From: an uncultured Lentisphaerales bacterium
GTDB lineage: Bacteria; Verrucomicrobiota; Lentisphaeria; JABSQK01; UBA12247
Assembly: GCA_943788985.1 (NCBI GenBank)
Contig: CALSSJ010000015.1
Span: 1 to 64,000, forward strand
Reading direction: 5' to 3'
DNA length: 64,000 nt
The first letter of the stretch is position 1; each line of letters opens with the position of its first letter. The translations under genes and the position numbers were made by a program. Shown here piece after piece: positions 47,148 through 56,307 of the stretch. A model generated the notes under the pieces. That model did not search any database, was not told the origin of the DNA, and saw only the letters and a program-made list of their open reading frames with translations.

Positions 47148-48155
47148 ATGAGCAAATCGAAACTCGAGTACATCTGGCTGGACGGCTATGATCCGACTCA
47201 GAGCTTGCGCAGCAAGACCAAAGTCGTCAGTGACTTTGACGGCGAACTGTCATCCTGCCCCGAATGGTGCTTTGACGGTTCCTCCACCCAACAAGCAGAA
47301 GGCGGCGCGTCTGACTGTCTGCTGAAACCCATCGCCATCTTCCCCGATCCAGGCCGTAAGAACGCCTACTTGGTGATGAATGAAGTTCTGAATGCCGATG
47401 GCACGCCGCACGAGTCCAATGGCCGCGCGACGATCGACGACGATGACGATGACTTCTGGTTCGGTTTCGAGCAGGAGTACACCATCTGGGATCCGACCAC
47501 CAATCTGCCAATCGGTTTCCCCGCCGGCGGTTTTCCCGCTCCACAGGGCCCCTACTACTGCTCCGTCGGCGCAGGCAATGCAGTCGGTCGCGAGATCGTT
47601 GAAGAGCATCTGGACCTTTGCTTGGATGCAGGACTCAACGTCGAGGGCATCAATGCTGAAGTGATGATGGGCCAATGGGAATACCAGATCTTCGCCAAGG
47701 GTGCAGCTCGCGCCGGTGATGAGATTTGGGTTTCCCGCTACTTGCTCGAGCGTGTTGCCGAGCAATACGGCTACAGCATCAACTGGCACTGCAAGCCTGT
47801 TGAAGGTGACTGGAACGGTTCCGGCATGCATGCAAACTTCTCCAACACTGTCCTGCGTACTGCTGGCTGCAAGGAAACCTACGATCGCATCTGTAATGCC
47901 TTCCATGGCACCATTATGGAGCACATCTCCGTCTACGGTGCTGAGAACAACCAGCGTTTGACTGGCCTTCATGAGACTCAGTCCATCGACAAGTTCAGCT
48001 ACGGCGTGTCCGATCGCGGCGCATCCATTCGGATCCCAGTCGCCACAGTGACTTCCGGCTGGAAAGGCTGGCTGGAAGATCGGCGCCCGGCTTCCAACGC
48101 AGACCCGTACAAGGTCGCTTCGGTGATCATCAGCACTGTCTCGAGCGCTTGCTAA
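47148..48155 (+). CDS. glnII: Glutamine synthetase type II
   Basis: LEYIWLDG, FDGSST, GFEQEY, GPYYC, NAEVM.GQWE, DWNGSGMH, RLTGLHET, EDRRP; about 335 aa; AGGAG RBS. Confidence 0.95.
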   Translation: MSKSKLEYIWLDGYDPTQSLRSKTKVVSDFDGELSSCPEWCFDGSSTQQAEGGASDCLLKPIAIFPDPGRKNAYLVMNEVLNADGTPHESNGRATIDDDDDDFWFGFEQEYTIWDPTTNLPIGFPAGGFPAPQGPYYCSVGAGNAVGREIVEEHLDLCLDAGLNVEGINAEVMMGQWEYQIFAKGAARAGDEIWVSRYLLERVAEQYGYSINWHCKPVEGDWNGSGMHANFSNTVLRTAGCKETYDRICNAFHGTIMEHISVYGAENNQRLTGLHETQSIDKFSYGVSDRGASIRIPVATVTSGWKGWLEDRRPASNADPYKVASVIISTVSSAC

Positions 48156-48184
48156 GCACGCTCAGCTGACAACACGCTGATACC

Positions 48185-48218
48185 AGGCCTCGTGCGGTTC
48201 GCTGCACGGGGCCTTTTT
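48185..48218 (+). terminator. Rho-independent terminator after glnII
   Basis: AGGCCTCGTGC-loop-GCACGGGGCCT followed by a T run. Confidence 0.85.
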
Positions 48219-48247
48219 CGTTTGTAGGCCAGCCGGCTCCAGAGTCG

Positions 48248-49705
48248 CTAGCTGGTAGCCCAGCTCCGGCTGCGCGAGACTGCTTCTTGCCAGGTGGCGA
48301 ACAGCGCATCTACATCTACATCGCTGGTGGCGGGTTCAAAGACGCGCTCCACGCGGTGTGCCTGGTAGAAGGACTCGCGTGACCAGACGTTCGCCGCGAT
48401 TCCCGCAGCTGCCGCTGCCCCTAGCGCTGTGCTCTCAAGAATCCGCGGGCGTTCCACCGGAATCCCCAACAGGTCCGCCTGGAACTGCATCAAAAAGTCA
48501 TTCGCCGTGGCTCCGCCATCGACCCGCATGCGCGCCGGTCTGGGGCCCATGGCATCGACCAATGCCCGCGTCTGGTAGGCCATCGATTCCAGGACCGCCC
48601 GCACCACATGGTCGGCCTTGCTGCCCTGCGTCATCCCGATTAGAGTCCCGCGGGCATGAGGATCCCACCACGGTGCGCCAAGTCCAACCAATGCTGGGAC
48701 AAAGTAGACGCCGCCATTGTCCGGCACCCGGCGTGCCATCGTTGCGGACTCCGCAACATCGGCCAGAATGCCCAGGCCGTCGCGCAGCCATTGCATGGCC
48801 GCCCCGCCAATAAACGCGGCACCCTCCAAGGCATAGGTAGAGCGATCGTTCATGTGCCAGGCAACCGTGCGCAACAGGTCGCTCTCTTTGGCCAGTTCAT
48901 GGCCCGTGCTGCGCATCATAAACAGTCCAGTGCCATAGGTGTTTTTTACCACATTCGGGTCCCAGCCGCCGTGCGAGAACAGGGCAGCCTGCTGGTCGCC
49001 CAGCACCGCGTGAATCGGCACCACGGCGCCGACCTCCTCCGCACGCGTGTCACCGAAATGTGCATCGCTGGAAAGAATGGTTGGGAGCATAGCCTGCGAG
49101 ATACCAAACAGATGCAGCAGTTCGGCATCCCAGCTGCCGGTATCAAGGCGGTAAAGTAGGGTGCGGCAGGCATTGGACGGATCGGTGGCGAAGTCGCCGG
49201 TCAATCGTTCAACCAGCCAAGTGTCGACTGTGCCGGCCCGAAGACAGCCCGCATCTGCAGCCGACCGCGCGCCTGGCACGTGGTCTAAAATCCAGCGCAG
49301 CTTTGTCGCCGAGAAGTACGGATCAACGACCAGCCCGGTGCGCTCGCGAATCAGGGCTTCGTACCCGGCTTTGCGGAGTTTGCCGCAGTAGTCCGCCGTC
49401 CGTCGACACTGCCAAACGATCGCGTTATGGAGGGGCTCACCGGTATCTGCGTCCCAGACCGCTACGGTCTCTCGCTGGTTCGCGATGCCGATAGCGGCGG
49501 GTGCTTCGGGCAATTTCTCAATGACCTGACGCAGGCCGCTGCGCACGATCCGCAGGATATCCCGCGGGTCCTGCTCTACCCAACCGGGCTGTGGGTGGTA
49601 CTGCGGCACTTCCTCGTAGTGCTGCGCCAGTATGTGGAGCTCCTGATCGAATCCAATCACCCGACACCCGGTTGTGCCTGCGTCGATCGCGATGACCAAA
49701 GCCAT
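48248..49705 (-). CDS. glpK: Glycerol kinase
   Basis: IDAGTTG, NQRET, IVWQCRRT, YFSATK, GDQQAALF, KNTYGTG, VDGGA. Confidence 0.95.
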   Translation of the reverse strand: MALVIAIDAGTTGCRVIGFDQELHILAQHYEEVPQYHPQPGWVEQDPRDILRIVRSGLRQVIEKLPEAPAAIGIANQRETVAVWDADTGEPLHNAIVWQCRRTADYCGKLRKAGYEALIRERTGLVVDPYFSATKLRWILDHVPGARSAADAGCLRAGTVDTWLVERLTGDFATDPSNACRTLLYRLDTGSWDAELLHLFGISQAMLPTILSSDAHFGDTRAEEVGAVVPIHAVLGDQQAALFSHGGWDPNVVKNTYGTGLFMMRSTGHELAKESDLLRTVAWHMNDRSTYALEGAAFIGGAAMQWLRDGLGILADVAESATMARRVPDNGGVYFVPALVGLGAPWWDPHARGTLIGMTQGSKADHVVRAVLESMAYQTRALVDAMGPRPARMRVDGGATANDFLMQFQADLLGIPVERPRILESTALGAAAAAGIAANVWSRESFYQAHRVERVFEPATSDVDVDALFATWQEAVSRSRSWATS

Positions 49706-49714
49706 GATGAACCC

Positions 49715-50104
49715 CTACTGCCTCTTGCTCGGCTTGAGTTTCAGCCAGCCTTCATCTTTACCGTTGGAGAAGGTGGCAGCTAGGCTGCCGTCTTCCAGCA
49801 GCTTCCCCTGCATCGAGTACTTGCGCTTGCTGACCCAGGCCGTGCCTGAGAGCAGAATCTCGGTGTCAATTTTCTCTGCCTTCATCTTAATGTTGTAGGC
49901 ATTTCTCTGGGAGATGAAACTTCCCTGATACAGCTCGTCGTTGACTTTAGTGATGTCGCCTCTGATTTTGCCAGGGTCCCTCCCCGAGCGCTTTCCAGTC
50001 ACCCACTTCCAATTCCCGTCGTACTTGACCTTGGTGGATTCTTCGGCTTGCGCGCAGAGGCCGATCAGGCCAAGGCATACGAGGATAGGGAGAAGCTTGT
50101 GCAT
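49715..50104 (-). CDS. Hypothetical secreted protein
   Basis: Signal peptide, beta-rich 129 aa, GGAG RBS. Confidence 0.65.
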   Translation of the reverse strand: MHKLLPILVCLGLIGLCAQAEESTKVKYDGNWKWVTGKRSGRDPGKIRGDITKVNDELYQGSFISQRNAYNIKMKAEKIDTEILLSGTAWVSKRKYSMQGKLLEDGSLAATFSNGKDEGWLKLKPSKRQ

Positions 50105-50198
50105 AGGTGGACTCCGGGGATGCTGACTCGGTCAGCGTGAACAGCCTGTGGGTGCTTGGCTGTTAAAGAAACCCCGGAACGCTGCGACGCAAGCTATT

Positions 50199-50606
50199 TC
50201 AGTCCAAAGGAATGAGGAATGGCGATGCCCGGCGGTCTGATTCCAGTGGCCGCGCAGTCGCTGTCAGGTCCAGACCTACGGCTACGAGTTCATCCTCGGT
50301 GCGGGCGATGCCGTAGCCTTCAAGTGCCACGATCAGCCAGTGTGGCTCGAGCACGTCCGTGAGAAACGGAATCGGATCCTCGTGCTCTTCGGTCTCCCCC
50401 ATCAGACTGGCCGGACGTTCGTCGACACAGTCCAGTTTATCGGTATCGTACTTGAAAGTGAACTGCAGATGATGGCACGCTCGCGAGATACTCAAATTTT
50501 CAGAAAACAGTAGTTGACCGCAGGCTGGACAGTGAAAAACAGGGAATCCGCGGGAATCTTTCGGGCAAGCAAGAATAATTTGTGTGGCTAGCATGTTGCG
50601 CTCCAA
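50199..50606 (-). CDS. Hypothetical protein with a CPAC...CHH motif
   Basis: 135 aa ORF with putative metal ligands. Confidence 0.5.
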   Translation of the reverse strand: MERNMLATQIILACPKDSRGFPVFHCPACGQLLFSENLSISRACHHLQFTFKYDTDKLDCVDERPASLMGETEEHEDPIPFLTDVLEPHWLIVALEGYGIARTEDELVAVGLDLTATARPLESDRRASPFLIPLD

Positions 50607-51263
50607 ACAGGTGTTAACACCTTATAAACGCCGGATACTCGTGATTCTTATGCGGCTTTTGGGTATTTCATGAAAATATCTGACTTCCTCCGCTATCAGA
50701 CGCGTGGAGTAGGCAGTACTGAATTCTTACACGATCGTGGAATAAATGGCAGCTGGCTCATAAGGTGCGTAACAAGTCACGGTGGCGGATCCTTGCCCCT
50801 GGTCATCAGTGTCACGGTGACGCTCAGCTTTCTCCTCGTAGTCTTACAGCTTTTTCGCGACGAGCCGCCGATTGAGGATTCTGCGGTGATCGTCCCCTAC
50901 GTGCCGATTCCAGACAAAGAGAGCGGCTTCTTGGTACTGCAGCAGGCCGCGAGCCTGATCTCAGAAGAGGACAGCAGGGTGCTCTATCAGTTCTGGCAGC
51001 GGTGATTGATGGCAGTCGAGGCGATAGCCATCGTGTGCCTCGTTCTGTTCCCCTTTCAGGCCGTAGTGAATGCGGTGGAACCACCGGTATTTGGTCATCG
51101 TTCCCCGCGTCTCGGAGGAGGGGCAGAAACCACGCGCTCCGGCTGGCTTGCCAGGGCTCACAGTCCCACCGCTGGCCAGCTACTGGGCAGGTTCCAACCG
51201 GAATCTGGAAAGAAACTTTCCACTTTCCCTAGCGTCTTCCGGGAGTACCGGCGATATTGCAAT

Positions 51264-51279
51264 TGGCACGACTCTTGCT
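51264..51279 (+). promoter_or_regulatory. sigma54 promoter of the metal-efflux operon
   Basis: TGGCACGACTCTTGCT, a match to TGGCAC-N5-TTGCW, about 45 bp upstream of ATG 51324. Confidence 0.75.
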
Positions 51280-51323
51280 CGCACGACTCACGCCCCGACC
51301 CCACCCTACACGAGGAGCTCACC

Positions 51324-52580
51324 ATGCTCCGCAGACTCTATCTTCTGGCGCTACTGATTGCGGAGTTCGCAACGGCAGCGCCTGTGACCTTACCAGAGTT
51401 GCTCAGTGAGGCCTTCGAGCGGAACCCGGATGTACGCGCCGCGCAACTCGCCTGGCGTGCCAGCATCGATGCCATCCCAGAAGCCACGTCGTTGCCAGAT
51501 CCGATGATTCGCTTCGACTACTTCGGCGAAAATGTCGAGACCCGGGTGGGACCGCAGAAAAGCCGCGTGGGCGTCAGTCAGGGCTTTCCGTTTCCGGGCA
51601 CGCTGCGACAGGCAGGCGAAGTGGCAAGCCGGGAGTCGCGGCTTCAGCAGCTAGGCTACGAGATTGCCGTGCGTGATCTGATCGTGGACCTCAAAGTCAG
51701 CTATTTCGAGCTTTGGTACCTGCGCGGGGCCGCGACAATCACGCAGCAGAACCAAGACCTGCTGCAGCATAGCTTGCAGCTCGCCACCGCCCGCTACGCG
51801 ACGGACAAGGCGAAGCTGCTAGATGTGCTGAAAGCGCAGAGCCAGCTGGCCCAGCTAAGCTATGATCTCATTGTCGTGCGTGAATTACAGGAGATCGAGC
51901 AGACCAAGATCAACGCACTGCAGGATTACCCCTCGGATCGGGAGGTGGGAGATCTTGTCTTCCCGGAATTGCATAGTCCGCAATTCGACGCGGCGGCCGT
52001 AGAAAAGGCGGCCCTCGCAGGCCGTCAGGAGATTCTCATGGCCCAGGCCAAGGTTGGCAAACTCGAGGCGGCGGTGGATCTCGCTTCCCTGAAGAATCGC
52101 CCGACATTCGGCGTCAACGCGATGTATATCGACACCGGCGAGGCGAGTTTCGGTAACTTCCCGGACAGCGGCAAGGATCCGTGGCTGGTCGGGGTGACGA
52201 TGAGTTTGCCGATCTGGCACGATCGCAATGAGCGGCGCGTGGCCAAGGCGGAACTCGTTGCGGAGTCCGCAACACTGAGGCAGAACGGCCTGGAGAACAA
52301 GACGCGGGTTGCGGTGAAGTCGGCCTTGTTTCGCCTCGAGAATGCGCGGCGCCTGACGCAGCTCTACCAAGGCACCCTCATCCCCCAGGCTAAAGCGGCG
52401 ATGGAGGTTGCAGAGCAGTGGCACGATGGTGACACCCCGGACTTGAGCGGCTTTCTCGAGACGCAGTCCGTGTGGCTTAACTTCAATCTGGCCTATCTCC
52501 GGGCCCTCGCCGACTATCACCAGTATCTCGCCCGTCTGGAGGGCCTGGTGGGTGGCAAACTTCCGGAGGCGTCGCCATGA
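51324..52580 (+). CDS. TolC-family outer membrane efflux protein 1
   Basis: RNP.V.AA, LPDP, SQ.FPFPG, LPIW, LIPQA; GAGGAG RBS. Confidence 0.9.
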   Translation: MLRRLYLLALLIAEFATAAPVTLPELLSEAFERNPDVRAAQLAWRASIDAIPEATSLPDPMIRFDYFGENVETRVGPQKSRVGVSQGFPFPGTLRQAGEVASRESRLQQLGYEIAVRDLIVDLKVSYFELWYLRGAATITQQNQDLLQHSLQLATARYATDKAKLLDVLKAQSQLAQLSYDLIVVRELQEIEQTKINALQDYPSDREVGDLVFPELHSPQFDAAAVEKAALAGRQEILMAQAKVGKLEAAVDLASLKNRPTFGVNAMYIDTGEASFGNFPDSGKDPWLVGVTMSLPIWHDRNERRVAKAELVAESATLRQNGLENKTRVAVKSALFRLENARRLTQLYQGTLIPQAKAAMEVAEQWHDGDTPDLSGFLETQSVWLNFNLAYLRALADYHQYLARLEGLVGGKLPEASP

Positions 52581-54028
52581 AATGGAGTCTTCTATTCCTG
52601 TTGTTAGCAGGCTGCAGCAGCACTCCCTACGAGGCGCTGGTAGGCGAATACGAAAGTGGCACCGAAACCACATATTTGCGGATTTCGCGTGCGGAGTCTG
52701 CAACCGCCCCGGACCCCCTGGCGGATCTTACTGCGGAGACCGCAGCGGCCCAAGTGCGCTGGGAGCAGGCTCTGGCCGTGGCACCCACCACCGGCCTTGC
52801 GGAGTCCGCGACGCCCCCGCCTGTGGAATCGCTAGCTACGTCGCTGGAACTCCCCGGGCTGGTCGCCCTGGTACTGGCGCGCAACCCGGGCATCGACGCA
52901 GCCGCGCAGGCGGTGAAGGCCACCCGCGAGAAATATCCGCAGGCGGTGGCTCTTGACAGCGTGCTGCAGCAGTACAATGCCTTCACCAAACAACTGGACA
53001 CTCGGATCGGCCCTACGTCTCACAAGGGCATGAACGCCATGAGCTTGCCGTTTCCGGATGCCCTGGCGCTCAAGGGCAAGCTGGTGAGCGAGGAGATCGA
53101 TATCGCAGCCAGTCGGCTGGAGATTGCCAAGCGCGATGCCATCACGGCCATGCACGAGGCCTATTTCGACCTCTTGTTTGTGGACCAGGGCATCGCCATC
53201 AATCGGGAGCAGCAGGCGCTGCTGGAGCAGATGATTGCGGTGGCTCAGACCAAGGTGCGCACGGATCGCAGCAAGTATCAGGGCCTGATCATGGCCCAGG
53301 TGGAGTTGTCCAAGCTCGCCAATGCCATCATCACGCTTGAGGAACAGCGCGAGACGGTGATCGCCCGCATCAACACAATGCTGAATCTCGCGCCGGATGG
53401 GGCCCTGGCAGCGCCGAGCCCAGCACCAGTCACCGCGGAGACGCAGAGTCTGGACAGCTGGTACGAAAAGGCGCTTGCCGGGCGTCAGGAACTGTTGACG
53501 CAGCGCCTGCGCATCGTGCGTACGAAGACGATGATCGAGCTGGCCTCGCGCATTGCCAACCCCGACGTGAGTCTGGGAACAAGCTATTTCGAAGATCGCA
53601 TGCGCCTGAGCAGCGGCACAGGCGAGGCCCAGCCCGCCTTCACACCCCAGCGCGAGCTGAATCATCGCCAGACGCCGCAATTTGGCGAGCGCAACGCCTA
53701 CATCCGTGAGGTCACAGTGCGCGTGACTGGCATGGAGAGCATGCTCACGGGGATGGAAGACCGGACCCGCCTGGCTGTAAAAAAAGCGCACTTTGCACTT
53801 GAGCGGGCTGAGCGTAGTATCGGCCTTTATCGCGACTCACTGCTACCGCAGGCACAACAGTCGCTGGAAGCCGCCGCCGCGGGCTATCGCGCGGGCAGCG
53901 TCGACTTCCTGACCTTTCTCGATACCGAGCGCACTCTGCTTCGGTTTCGCCTGGAAGAGAAACGCGCCGCGCGTGATCAGGGCGTGGCTCTGGCACATTT
54001 GAATCAACTCAGTGGGAAAATACGATGA
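52577..54028 (+). CDS. TolC-family outer membrane efflux lipoprotein 2
   Basis: Lipobox LAGC, RNP.I.AA, PFP..L.LKG, LLPQA, Y.AG..DFL. Confidence 0.9.
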   Translation: MKWSLLFLLLAGCSSTPYEALVGEYESGTETTYLRISRAESATAPDPLADLTAETAAAQVRWEQALAVAPTTGLAESATPPPVESLATSLELPGLVALVLARNPGIDAAAQAVKATREKYPQAVALDSVLQQYNAFTKQLDTRIGPTSHKGMNAMSLPFPDALALKGKLVSEEIDIAASRLEIAKRDAITAMHEAYFDLLFVDQGIAINREQQALLEQMIAVAQTKVRTDRSKYQGLIMAQVELSKLANAIITLEEQRETVIARINTMLNLAPDGALAAPSPAPVTAETQSLDSWYEKALAGRQELLTQRLRIVRTKTMIELASRIANPDVSLGTSYFEDRMRLSSGTGEAQPAFTPQRELNHRQTPQFGERNAYIREVTVRVTGMESMLTGMEDRTRLAVKKAHFALERAERSIGLYRDSLLPQAQQSLEAAAAGYRAGSVDFLTFLDTERTLLRFRLEEKRAARDQGVALAHLNQLSGKIR

Positions 54029-55947
54029 AGAAGCGCACGCTTTTGATTGTAATCGTGGCCGTCTTGCTAGCGTTCGGGTTCGGCATGATGCTCGGCGGTT
54101 CCGGTACCAGGTACGAGCACGCTGTCGCTTCTGCCCCCAGCCGTAAAGCGGGAGCCAGTGTCTGGACCTGTTCGATGCACCCGCAGATCAAGCAGCCAGA
54201 GCCGGGCGATTGCCCGCTTTGCGGCATGGATCTCATCCCGCTTAAGGCAGGCGTGGACGACAACGGACCGCGCGAACTGACCCTCTCTGAGGGGGCCCGC
54301 AGTCTGGCCGACATTCAAGTGCAGCCGGTCAGGCGACAGGCCGTGGTGCGCGAGGTGCGCATGGTCGGCACGATCGACTACGACGAGCGGCGCTTATCCA
54401 CGATCACCGCCTGGGTAGGCGGGCGCCTGGATCGAATCTTTGTCGATTACACCGGTGTGACAGTCGCCAAGGGCGATCACATGGTCTGGATGTACAGCCC
54501 GGAGATTTTGGGGGCGCAGGAGGAGTTGCTGCAGGCCAGCATCGCGGTGCGCAAGATGGCGGATAATCCACTGGCTCTTATTCGCAACAATGCCCAGGCG
54601 ACCCTCGAAGCCTCGCGCGACAAGCTGCGCCTTTGGGGGCTGTCCCTCGAGCAGATCGCGGCTATCGAAGAAAGCGGCAAAGCCTCGGACCACATTCAGA
54701 TCAACGCGCCGATTGGTGGCGTGGTGATCCATAAGAATGCCACTGAAGGCATGTACGTGAAGACCGGCACCCCAATTTATCAGATCGTTGATTTAAGCCA
54801 GGTTTGGGCCCAGCTGGACGCGTATGAGTCGGATCTGGCTTGGCTGCGCTATGGTCAGGAGGTGAGCTTTGAGTCCGAAGCCTACCCGGGCGAGGTGTTT
54901 AACGGGCGTGTTTCCTTCATTGACCCAGTTCTCAGCAGGAGCACACGCACAGTGAAAGTGCGCGTGAATGTGCCAAACGAGGATGGCAGGCTCAAGCCAG
55001 GTATGTTTGTGCGGGCGATTCTGCACTCTGCGGTGGCAGCTGGTGGCAAGGTGATTGATGCGGACCTCGCAGGCAAGTGGATCAGCCCGATGCACCCGGA
55101 GATCGTGCGCGACGAGCCCGGCCCGTGCGACATCTGTGGCATGGCCTTGGTCAGGTCCGAGGACTTGGGCTTTGTCAGCGCGGCCGACTTCAGCACCGCG
55201 GTGCCGCTCGTGGTTCCGGCTTCGGCGCCGTTGCTCACCGGCAAGCGCGCGGTGGTCTACGTACAGAATCCAGCCGATCCGGGCCGCTTCACGGGCCGCA
55301 CCGTCACACTGGGGCCGCGGGTGGGCGGCTTTTATGTGCTCAAGTCTGGCCTAGAGGAAGGCGAACTGGTGGTGACTCACGGCAACTTCAAGATCGACAG
55401 CGCCCTGCAGATTATGGCCAAGCCAAGTATGATGAGCCCCGCAGAAGAGCCCGCGGAAGCCGAAACAGAAATTCGCTACGAGGCGCCTAAAGCGTTTCTG
55501 GCACAGCTACAGCCGCTGTTCACGCACTACCTTGCGATTCAGCAAGCCTTGGCTGGTGACAACCTGGCGGCCACCCGAAGCGGTGCGGGAGCCTTCTCCG
55601 AGGCGCTGCAGGCTATCGACATGAGCCTGGTCACGGGCGCTGGTCACATGGCTTGGATGGGCTTATCCGCCAAGTTTGCGAAGTCCGCAAAGGAGATCGC
55701 GAGCCGCGCGGACATCGACGAGGCACGCGCGCAGTTCGAGCCCCTGAGTACGAGCATGATCGCCTTGGCGCAGCAATTCGGCACTGGTATGGCGGATCCC
55801 GTGAGCGTCGCCCACTGCCCGATGGCCCTGGACAACAGCGGTGCCAACTGGTTGCAGCTGGGTGCGGAGATCGCAAATCCCTACTTCGGAGCCTCGATGC
55901 TCCGCTGTGGTGAGGTGACCGCAACCATTGACGGGCGCCAGAAATGA
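54025..55947 (+). CDS. cusB: CusB-like RND adaptor with heavy-metal-binding motifs and a DUF3347-like tail
   Basis: WTCSMHPQI..PG.CP.CGM, SPMHPEI..CDICGM, LKPGMF, HCPMA..W.Q...NPYFG..MLRCG. Confidence 0.88.
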   Translation: MKKRTLLIVIVAVLLAFGFGMMLGGSGTRYEHAVASAPSRKAGASVWTCSMHPQIKQPEPGDCPLCGMDLIPLKAGVDDNGPRELTLSEGARSLADIQVQPVRRQAVVREVRMVGTIDYDERRLSTITAWVGGRLDRIFVDYTGVTVAKGDHMVWMYSPEILGAQEELLQASIAVRKMADNPLALIRNNAQATLEASRDKLRLWGLSLEQIAAIEESGKASDHIQINAPIGGVVIHKNATEGMYVKTGTPIYQIVDLSQVWAQLDAYESDLAWLRYGQEVSFESEAYPGEVFNGRVSFIDPVLSRSTRTVKVRVNVPNEDGRLKPGMFVRAILHSAVAAGGKVIDADLAGKWISPMHPEIVRDEPGPCDICGMALVRSEDLGFVSAADFSTAVPLVVPASAPLLTGKRAVVYVQNPADPGRFTGRTVTLGPRVGGFYVLKSGLEEGELVVTHGNFKIDSALQIMAKPSMMSPAEEPAEAETEIRYEAPKAFLAQLQPLFTHYLAIQQALAGDNLAATRSGAGAFSEALQAIDMSLVTGAGHMAWMGLSAKFAKSAKEIASRADIDEARAQFEPLSTSMIALAQQFGTGMADPVSVAHCPMALDNSGANWLQLGAEIANPYFGASMLRCGEVTATIDGRQK

Positions 55948-56075
55948 ATGTGACTGAGATGCGGGCAAAGGAATTGCGCCGGCTAGGAGCGCGAAGCGCA
56001 TTGACGTTTACCGCGGTAGCGAATGAGCCAAGCTCCCCTTCGGACCGGAAGGAACTTATAATCAGCGACTGGCCT

Positions 56076-56239
56076 TGTCGGAGCCCCGTTTTCAGGCGGC
56101 AGTCACCGACGGGGCTGCCTTCGGCTTTCTCGCAAGCTCGGCTGAGTCCGCGAAGCCTCCGCTTTGGGCGCTCTGCTCTACGGACGCTCCGGCAGCTAAA
56201 GCTGCTCATTGACTGCCGCCTAAAGATGGGACTCCGACA
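56076..56239. repeat. 30-bp inverted repeat pair (REPIN/MITE-like) between cusB and cusA
   Basis: 56076-56105 TGTCGGAGCCCCGTTTTCAGGCGGCAGTCA versus reverse complement of 56210-56239: 26/30 identical. Confidence 0.75.
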
Positions 56240-56307
56240 GCTTTCATCGCTGCTCGTGACCTCCCTGAGGGTTGTTGCTCATGGCCTGACGCGTTTAAGT
56301 AGTCGTC

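Noticed and set aside
50670..51232. Short ORFs upstream of tolC1, including a LDCH-containing antisense peptide as a cytochrome remnant
   Set aside because: No complete CxxCH motif or recognisable family. The 51006 ORF extension is upstream of the RBS-supported start at 51324.
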